From NCBI GenBank assembly GCA_000004695.1, contig CM000151.3, forward strand, positions 448,001 through 512,000: a DNA stretch of 64,000 bases. The letters are read 5' to 3'. The translations under genes and the position numbers were made by a program. The stretch is from Dictyostelium discoideum (lineage: Eukaryota). Positions 54,101 through 64,000 of this stretch are shown piece after piece. Each line of letters opens with the position of its first letter. Within the stretch, counting starts at the first letter, position 1. A model generated the notes under the pieces. The model was not told the DNA's origin. It ran no database searches and saw only the letters and a program-made list of their open reading frames with translations.

Positions 54101-57100
54101 AGGACATTTATTGATATAAAGAATAAACCATTTCAATATCTAAAAGGTCATATGGTTAAAGGTAAATACTACTTCCCAGGTTGTGGTTATATTGATAATA
54201 TTATTCAGCTTTATAAAAATCAAGATATTTTTATTAGTTTTATTGAATTTAAAACACCATTAATTTTAATTGAGGGTATCAATCAATGTTTACAGACAAA
54301 CATTCAACAAACTGGTAAAAGTGAATATCGTGCACAATTTCATTTCAAAGATCAAAAATCAAATGAATGGATTCAATCATCAAATGCAAATTTCCAATTA
54401 TTAGATCACACTATTGAAATGCCACCAAAGTATAATATTGAAGAAATTATTAAAAACAAATGTACGTTGGCAAGATTAACAAAGAATGAAATTTATACTC
54501 ACATAAAATCAAAAACTGGTTTAAATTATACTGCAATGTTTCAAGGTGCTACTGAATGTTATATAGGTGTAGATTGTACATTATCAGTTGTATCAATTGA
54601 ATCTCAAACAAATTCATTTTTAAATATACCAATTTTAGATTCAGTTTTCCATGGTAACATTTCTTTAATAAATGATCAATGTCAAATTGTATTTGATAAA
54701 GTTCATGGGTTAAAGTACTATTCATCAAATATTCCAAATGATTATAAAGATAAATCAGTTTATGTATATGCAAAATTAAAATCAAAGACAAGTGATTCAT
54801 ATTCAGCTTCATTTACTGTACTATTATCGGATGGTACAGTTGTATATGAAATTGATGAAGCATTCAGTAAATCTTTAATTCCAATTAAAGAATTACTTAA
54901 AATTGAATATCCAAATGATGAATTATTTTCAATTAATTTACAACCAAAAGATTCTCCAATTCCAGCTCCTTCAACTTTCAAATCCCTAATTTATGAAAAT
55001 GATCGTTTCAATGCTGAACCACCAATGGTAGAGAATCTCTTTCAATACATTTCAACAATATTTTATAAAAATATTATAAATAGATGTCCAGAAATTAATA
55101 TTGATATAATTAAATCTTTAAGTATTGATGAAATTATTTCAAATTTCAGTAAAATTTCAAAACATGAAAGATTATTTAAATATGTTTTTGAAACTATAAA
55201 AGAGAATGGTATTCTTAATAGTTTGGAAGAAAAAGATGATACTTACTTTGTATTTAATGAAGTACTTATCAAATCATCAAGAGTTATTTCAAAATTATTA
55301 TTCCCATTAGAAAATGATAATGATAATGAAGATACACCTCAATTATTATTTCAAAATGGTTTAATGGATAAAGTTTATAAATGCAGATATTTAAAAAATA
55401 AGAATCAAATGATTGCCCATATTATTAAACATTCAATTAAAGAGATTATTAATAATAATATTATAATTAGAATTTTAGAATTTGGAGGAGGTACTGCATC
55501 ATTATCAGTTGAAGTTATTGAAGAAATCGTTACATTACTTCAAGAGAATCCAAATTATCAAGTTGAAATCGAATATACATGGAGTGATATTTCGCCTGCA
55601 TTCATAGTAGATACAAAGAATAAAATCAATAAAATCATTAAAGGTGCTGGTATAACAAATGGATTAAATGTTATTTATCATCCATTAACAATTGATGAAT
55701 CATTGGTAGAACTTCAATCAATCAAACCATCATATTATGATTTTGTTATAATGTCAAATGTTCTTCATGTTGTTAAAGATATTAAACAAGCTGTAGAACA
55801 AATGTATCAATTGTTAATACCAAATGGTCAATTACTTTTTGTTGAACCCCCTTATAAATCAATAATATGTGATAGTTTATTTGGTTCATTTGAACAATGG
55901 TGGGCATTCACTGATACTGATATTAGAAAAGATCATTGTTGTCTTTCTCAAGATGGTTGGTATAAATTATTGAAATGGTCAAACTTTGAAAGTATTGAAA
56001 TGTCAACTGAAAGTAAATTCATGGGATCAGTTATCCAAGCACAAAAACCATCATTTACATCATTAATAAATCAACAACCAAAGTATGATAATATTATTAT
56101 TTTTGGTAACAATTGTCCAAACTTTATTGATAATATTAAACCATTTTCAAATTTCAATGAGTTCATTCAAATTGAAACTATTCAAGAATTTGATCAACTA
56201 ATTAACAAATCAACAATTACAAATGATTCAATCATTTATTTCATAAAATCAATTAATCAGTTATCTTTGGATAATTATAAACAAGCAACTCTTGAATATA
56301 TTGAAATCAATCAAAAACTATTACAAATTAATAGTTTATGTAAACATGTATTAATTGTTAATGATTCAAGAAAAACCAACTATTTAGCATCATCAATTGT
56401 TGGTGCTGCAAGATACTTTGATGAATTCCAACAATTGAAATTACATACATTAGATTTTGATTATGATTCAACCCAAAATTATTTAATTTCAAAAAATAAC
56501 AAAATGGTTCAATTCATTAATAACTTGATAGACTCCAAAACAAATGTTCATAAAGAAATGATTATAATTAATAACAAAGTATATTATGAAATAGTTCAAA
56601 AAGAGAAAAATCTAAAATTAAAATACAATTCAGAATCTTTCGAACAACAAGATAATTTAATGTGTTCATTATCACCAAATTTAGAATATCAATTACAATC
56701 AAAACAAATTAAATTAAGAGATAATCAAGTTGAAGTTAAAACAATTGCAACTGGTATCAATAATAAAGATTACTTAGTTTATAGTGGTTTAGAAGGTAGT
56801 GTTAATTCAAATACACCACAATTTGGATATGAATTTTCAGGTATAATAACAAGAGTTGGTAATAATGTAAAAGATTATAAAGTTGGTGATAATGTATTTG
56901 GTTTATCAAATTCTTGTACATCATCCAATATTATTGTGAATCATGAAAGAATTCAAATAAAACCTTCAAACATAAGTCATATTGAAGCAGCATCAATTCC
57001 AATTGATTATTTAACATCATTTATGAGTTTATTCAATGTTGGTTGTTTAAATATTGAAGATAATGAATCAATTTTAATTCATTTAGGTAGTGATAGTTTT

Positions 57101-58804
57101 GGGTTATCAACATTTGAAATATTAAAATGGAAAGGTTTTAAATCAAATTTATTCGTTACAGTTAATTCGGATGAAATTAAACAATATCTTTTAAATAATT
57201 ATGGTGATTTAATAACTGCAATTTATTCAAACACAGATAAAGGTTATGTAAGTCAAATTAAAAATAAACTTATTGAACAAGGCTCAAATGATAATGGAGT
57301 AGATTTAATATTAAATACATTACCAAGTGATTTTATGGATTCAAATTTCCAATTGTTAGCAATTAATGGTAGAATTATAGATTTATCAAATGATCATTTA
57401 AACCAAAGTGAATATATGAAAAATGTAAACTTTACTCTTAATCGTGGTTATCATAATTTTGATTTAATGTCACAAAGAAATTCAAGAATCAATAGAAGTT
57501 TATTAACCATTTCAAAAGCAATTGAAAATGGTGAATTAAAATTAATTCCAATTAAAGAATTTTCAAACTCTGATATTAATGATGCAATTGAATTTATTAT
57601 TGAAGAGAATAGAATTGATAAAATTGTAGTTAGTCATGATCATGAAGTTTATCAAGAACTCTATGCTAAATTTTCAAATGAAAATGATTTTTCAATATTA
57701 AAATCAAATTATCAAATTAATTCAAATAATTTAGGTAAAAATATATTAATTACCGGTCAATCAGGTATTATTTTAGAAATATTAAAATGGATCATTAAAT
57801 ATTCAAATATTAACACAATAGAAAATGTTATTATTCTTTCAAGATCATCATTAAAATGGGAATTAGAATTATTAATTAATCAAACCAAACTATCAAATAA
57901 TAATATTAAATTCCATTTCAAGAGTGTTGATGTTGGTGATAGTGAACAAGTTGATAATGCAATCAATGAAATATTAAATGAAAATCAAGAAATTATAAAT
58001 ATTCATTCAATATTCCATTTTGCATTTACCCAAATTGCATGTAAAGTTCAAGAAATCAATATGAAACATTTAGATATTTCACACGGAGCAAAAACAATGG
58101 GAGCAATTAATTTACATAATCAATCAATTAAACGTAATTGGAAATTAATTAATTTTGTGATTTCGTCATCAATTGCCTCTCTTGTTGGTTCAACAGATCA
58201 GTGTTCATATGTTTGTGCAAATGCATTATTAGATTCATTTTCAAAATATAGAGTATCTCTTGGACTACCATCAACATCTATTAATCTTGGTGCAATTGAA
58301 TCAACTGGTTTCGTTTCAAAGAATGAATCGATTTCAGTATTTTTAGATGGCAGTGGTATTATTCCAACACCAATCAATCAAGTTTTAGGCCTTTTAGATT
58401 TACAAATTCAAAACCCTGGTAAATTTACAAATTCAATGGTTGCTAAATTTAATCCATTAAACTTTTCAAATAATGAACAAATTAATCTTTTATTAAAAAT
58501 GGATTACATTTTCAATTTACATTCTAATGGATATACTAAAGTAAAGGAGAGTGCTGGAAGTAAAAATGTTGATGAATTGTTTATTAAAAAAATATCAGAT
58601 TTATTCTCAATTGATGAATCTAAAATAAATAAGGATATTAGATTAATCGATTATGGCGCAGACTCATTAGTTATCGTTCAATTAAAGAATTGGGTTGACC
58701 AAGAAATTGGATTTAATTTAATTACAATTCAACAACTTCAAAATAATACAATTAATGTTTCAATTAAAATAATTTTAAATTTTTTGAAAAAGATAAATAA
58801 ATAA
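51181..58804 (+). CDS. type I iterative polyketide synthase (KS-AT-DH-cMT-ER-KR-ACP); 2 exons (51181..51835, 51921..58804)
   Basis: KS motifs are DTACSSS, EAHGTGT and [12 protein letters not shown] motifs are [14 protein letters not shown] and GHSLGE. DH motif is [17 protein letters not shown]. The methyltransferase motif is [14 protein letters not shown] motif is ILITGQSGIILEILKW. ACP motif is IDYGADSLVIVQL. The phase-1 intron is GTAATAG|GTAAGA…CATACTAG|ATGTTG, 85 nt. It joins [34 protein letters not shown]. Confidence 0.9.
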
Positions 58805-59456
58805 GAATAAAAAAGATAAACAAATAAAAATAAAAAAAATTAAAAAAATGGTGGTCAAAAAAAAAAAAAAAAAAAAAAAAAAATTTAATCAAATAATAAA
58901 AAATAATAAAAAAAAAAAATTTAAAAAAAAAAAATAAATTTAAAAAAATTTAATCAAATAATAATAAAAAAATTTTTTATTGTCACTATTTTAAATTTAT
59001 TTTTTTTTTTTTTTATTAAAAAAATTTATTTTTTGAAAACCAATTTTTTTTTTTTTTTTTTTTTTTTAAAAATAATGTGTACACCACACAACATAATAAC
59101 TGTGCATTTTTTTAAACCTTTTTTTTTAAAAAAAAAAAATAAACAAATTTGTATTAATTTTTTTTTTATTTTTTTATTTTAACAAAATACCACAATTTAG
59201 AAACCAAAAAAAAAAAGCAAAGTGGTTGAAAATTTTTTGTAACGAAAAATGTACACAAAATCAAATAAAAATAACAGTTTGATGTTTTTTTATCCCCCAA
59301 ATTTTACCCCCACCAATAAGTGTTTTATTGTAATAAAATAGATACATTAAAAAAAAAAAAAAAATTGCAATTTAATTAATGTATCTATTTTTTTAATTAA
59401 AAAAAAAAATAACATTTAATTTTAATAATATTAATAAGTAAAATAACTAAATCCTT

Positions 59457-62400
59457 ATGAATAATTTAAAAAATATAGATTTAATAGAGAAAGGTGTTGC
59501 AATTGTTGGTATTGGATTTAGAATTCCTTCTGGTAATAATGAAAATTCAATTTGTTCACCAGATGATTTATTTAATAATTTAAAGAATGGTTTTGATGGT
59601 GTTAGTAGTACATCAGAAAGATGGAGTGACAATTACCACAAGTTGGGTGAGATTAGTAGTCCAAATGCAGGTTTATTACCATTAAATGAATGGAAATCAT
59701 TCGATCCATTATTTTTTGGTATTAATCCATCTGAAGCATCTTTAATCGATCCACAACAAAGATTATTATTAAAATGTACATGGGAAGCATTAGAAGATGC
59801 GTCAATTGATCCAATTTCAATTCGTGGTACAAATACTTCAGTTTTCATTGGTGCTTCAAATATAGATTATCAACATACAAATAAACACCAAGACTCAGTT
59901 TTAAAAAATGCAATAGCACAATCCACCTGTGCAATTTCAAATAGAATATCATATTGTTTCGATTTTAATGGTCCATCATTATCAATTGATACTGCATGTT
60001 CATCATCATTAAATGCAGTTTCTCAAGGTTATCATTCAATATTAAATGGTACTTCTGATATCTCAATTGTTGGTGGTGTAAATTTAATATTAGGTAAGGA
60101 TTATATTTTAATTGTATATATTTTAAATTAAAAATACACTCATTAATTAATTTTTTATTTAATTTATTTTATCAGATGTTGAAATGACAAAGGCATATTC
60201 GTATTTAAGCATGTTAAGTAAAACACATGGTAAATGTAAAGCATTTGATGAAAGTGGTGATGGTTTTACACGTGGTGAATGTGTCGGTGTTGTAGTTTTA
60301 AAAAATTTACAAGATGCAATTAAAGATGGTAATAGAATTTATTGTGTAATTAATGGTTCAAGTTCAAATGTTGATGGTAATGGTAATATGGATAAAGTTA
60401 ACTTTTATTCACCATCAAAACAATCACAATTTAATAATATTAATTCAGCATTTAAATCAACAAATGACAAGCTCTCAATTAATGATATTCAATATATCGA
60501 AGCACATGGTACTGGTACTAAAACAGGTGATCCAATTGAAACTGAAGCAATTTCAATGGCTTTTAAAAATAGAGATAAATCAGCACCAATTCTAATTGGT
60601 TCAATTAAAAGTAATATTGGTCATTGTGAAGCTGGTTCAGGTGTTGCATCATTAATCAAATGTTGTTTAATGTTTAAATATCAATGCTTTTTACCAAATA
60701 TTCATTTCAAAAATCCAAATCCATTAATTAAATTCAATGAATGGAATTTAAAAGTTGTAACATCACCAATTCCATTCAACAAAAGAAATAATGAAAAACC
60801 AGTTTCAATGATGATTAATAACTTTGGTGTAACAGGTTCAAATTGTTGTTTACTTATTTCAGAATTTAAAAATAACAATAACTTTAAAGAGAATATTAAT
60901 TTAGAATCTCAAAGTGTTAATGATAGAGTGTTAATACCATTCTCAGCAAATTCATCAAATTCATTAAATCAATACCAATCAAAATTTAAAAATATAATTA
61001 ATAATCAATTCAATTTTATTGATTTTACCGCAATTCAAATTTATTCAAAATCAAATTATCTTTATCAAAGATCAGTTGTAATTGCAAGTAATTCAAATGA
61101 ACTTTTTGAAAATATCTCAAATAAAAAACAAATTCAAACTAAAAATTCAATTATCTCAAATATGTCATTCAAAGGAAAGAACCCAATTACAATTTTTGTT
61201 TTTTCAGGTCAAGGATCACAATATCCTAAAATGGCTTTAGAATTATATAATAATGAAGTAATCTTTAAAAAGTCAATTGATTTAATCGATTCAAAATTAT
61301 CAAAGTACTACGGTTTTTCAGTATGGGAGAAGGTAAAAACAATCAAAGATGATGACTTAACCTCAATACATGATCCAATTTTTGCCCAACCAGCACTATG
61401 TATGATTTCAGTATCACTATTTGAATTATATTACCATTGGGGAGTAAATCCATCATTTATTCTTGGTCATAGTCTTGGTGAAATTTCAGCATCATATTGT
61501 TCTGGAATGATTGATTTAGATACATTCTGTTATACAGTTTATCAAAGATCAATAGCACAATCTAAAACAAATGGTTGTGGTAGAATGTTATCAATTAATA
61601 TCAGTGATGAAGAATTTAAATCAATGTATTCTCAAAAGTATCCACAAATTGAAATTGCGTGTTATAATTCACCTCAATCAATTGTTGTGGCAGGTAATGA
61701 ATCAATATTAAATGAAATTTCAAAAGAATTAAAAGAAAAAGAAATTTTCACTGCAATGTTAGGTTCATTATCATCATTCCATACAAGTAGTCAACAATCT
61801 ACAAAAGATAGCATATTACAACTAAACATTGAAAGCAATCAACCAAAAGTACCAATATTTTCAACAGTTACAACAAATTTATTTAATGAATCAAATCGAT
61901 TTAATTCACAATATGTTTATGATAATATTATCAAACCAGTTAAATTCACACAAACAATTTCAAATATTTATAAACATATCGAATCAAATCAATTAGATAA
62001 TGATATTGTATTCATTGAAATTGCACCACATCCAACATTATCATTTTATATTAAACAAATGGTACCATCAAGTTTAAATGAATCAGTTTCAGTTTATTCA
62101 GCACTTCACAAGAAAAAGAATGATGTCGAAGAGTTTCAACAAACCATTTCAAATTTATATTGTCAAAATGGATATAATATTAATTTTAAATGTCAATTTA
62201 ATAATAAAAAATCAAATCTAAATATTGAATTACCTCTTTACCAATGGAGTGACGAATTATACTTCGCTCAAAATCAAGTACTTGAACAACATAGAAAAGG
62301 AGGACCACCAATTGACCATCTTGGTCTATCAAACTCTTATTATTCACCATTTAAAAATTCATATAAAACACTTATTGATATAAATTATAAACCATTTCAA

Positions 62401-64000
62401 TATCTTAAAGGTCATATGGTTAAAGGTAAATACTACTTCCCAGGTTGTGGTTATATTGATAATATTATTCAACTTTATAAAAATCAAGATATTTTTATTA
62501 GTTTTATTGAATTTAAAACACCATTAATTTTAATTGAAGGTATCAATCAATATTTACAAACAAACATTCAACAAACTGGTAAAAGTGAATATCGTGCACA
62601 ATTTCATTTCAAAGATCATAAATCAAATGAATGGATTCAATCATCAAATTCAAATTTCCAATTATTAGATCATGGTAATGATATACCATCAAATTATAAT
62701 ATTAAAGAAATTATTAAAAACAAATGTAATTTGAGCAAATTAACAAAGAATGAACTTTATAAAAATATTAAATCAAAAACTGGTTTAAATTATACTGGAG
62801 TTTTTCAAGGTGTTACTGAATGCTATATAGGTGATAATTGTACCTTATCAGTTGTATCTTTAGAATCTCAAACAAACTCATTTTTAAATATACCAATTTT
62901 AGATACATGCTTACACGGAATGTTAATATTAATAAATGATCAATGTCAAATTGTATTTGACAAAGCCATTGGATTTAAATATTATTCATCAAACATACCA
63001 GCAGATTTTAAAGAAAACAAAGATAGTTTTTATGTTTATTCCAATCTTAGACCAAGAGTAGGTGGTGATTCATACCATGGAACAATTATAGTAATGTTAT
63101 CAGATGGTTCAGTTTTATATGAAATTGAAGAAGTTGTTTGTAAATCATTAATTCCAATCAAAGATTCACTTAAAATTGAATATCCAAATGATGAATTATA
63201 CAAAGTTCATTTACAATCAAAAGATTCTCCAATTCCAACACCATCATCATTCAAATCAATTATTTATGAAAATGATTTCTTTCAATCTTCACTTAATATT
63301 CCAGAAGATTTATTCAAATATATTTCAACATTATTTTATAAAGATATTATAAAAAGATGTCCAGAAATTAATATCAATAAAATTAATTCTCATAGTGTTA
63401 ATGAAATTATTTCAAGTTTCAGTAAAATTTCAAAACATGAAAGATTATTTAGATTTGTATTTGAAACAATAAAAGAGAATGGTATTCTTAATAGCTTCGA
63501 AGAAAAAGATGACACTTACTTCGAATTTAATAAAGTAATTATCAAATCATCAAGAATTATTTCAAAATTATTATTTCCATTAGAAAATGATAATGATAAT
63601 GAAGATTTACCTCAATCATTATTTCAAAATGGTTTAATGGATAAAATTTATAAATGCAGTTATTTAAGAAAGAAGAATCAAGTGATTTCACATGTCATTA
63701 AACATTCAATTAAAGAGATTATTAATAATAATATTATAATTAGAATTTTAGAATTTGGAGGAGGTACTGCATCATTATCAGTTGAAGTTATTGAAGAAAT
63801 CGTTACATTACTTCAAGAGAATCCAAATTATCAAGTTGAAATCGAATATACATGGAGTGATATTTCACCTGCATTCATAGCAGATGCAAAGAATAAAATC
63901 AATAAAATCATTAATGATGCTGCTATAACAAATGGATTAAATGTTATTTATCATCCATTAACAATTGGTGAATCATTGATAGAAACTCAATCAATTAAAC
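59457..64000 (+). CDS. second type I polyketide synthase, tandem paralog of 51181..58804; 2 exons (59457..60093, 60176..beyond window end), partial
   Basis: The N-terminus [27 protein letters not shown] and the KS domain are about 88 percent identical to the first PKS. It has the same phase-1 intron position (ATATTAG|GTAAGG…TTATCAG|ATGTTGAAATG). The downstream frame stays open through AT, DH and methyltransferase motifs to position 64000. Confidence 0.9.

Noticed and set aside
53814-54981. Short ORFs within the first PKS (53814..54119 plus-strand alternative frame; 54549..54812 and 54760..54981 minus strand).
   Set aside because: They are fully contained in the 2282-codon PKS exon and are chance frames in AT-rich coding DNA.

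Overview
This 64 kb window is extremely AT-rich with long (CAA)n and (AAT)n coding microsatellites and short AT-rich introns. All of that points to a gene-dense stretch of a Dictyostelium discoideum chromosome arm. I call about 20 protein-coding loci, identified by sequence motifs I recognise by eye. No tRNA or rRNA gene and no CRISPR array is visible. The loci include a presequence protease (M16C) with a mitochondrial presequence, an IPT/TIG transmembrane protein of the Tgr type, and a vitamin-K gamma-carboxylase-like HTTM protein. They also include tRNA m1A58 methyltransferase TRM61, RNA polymerase III subunit RPC5, DNA polymerase zeta catalytic subunit REV3, a catalytically competent myotubularin phosphatase and a PAP2 lipid phosphate phosphatase. 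A very large Q/N-rich protein carries one unidentified globular domain. The most system-like content is at the right end. Two tandem, same-strand type I iterative polyketide synthase genes (KS-AT-DH-cMT-ER-KR-ACP, each with one conserved phase-1 intron) show a mosaic of about 100 percent and about 80 percent identical tracts, which suggests gene conversion. Immediately upstream lies a decayed AMP-dependent (acyl/acetyl-CoA) synthetase pseudogene. The second notable structure is a head-to-tail array of three B-box zinc-finger / FNIP-repeat gene copies at successive stages of decay. Smaller observations include tandem duplications, a duplicated gene 3' end, and a coding poly-N insertion inside the REV3 polymerase domain. 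The ORF track apparently accepts TTG and GTG as starts, so its leading M is not always ATG. Splice coordinates were hand-derived and may be off by 1-2 nt.
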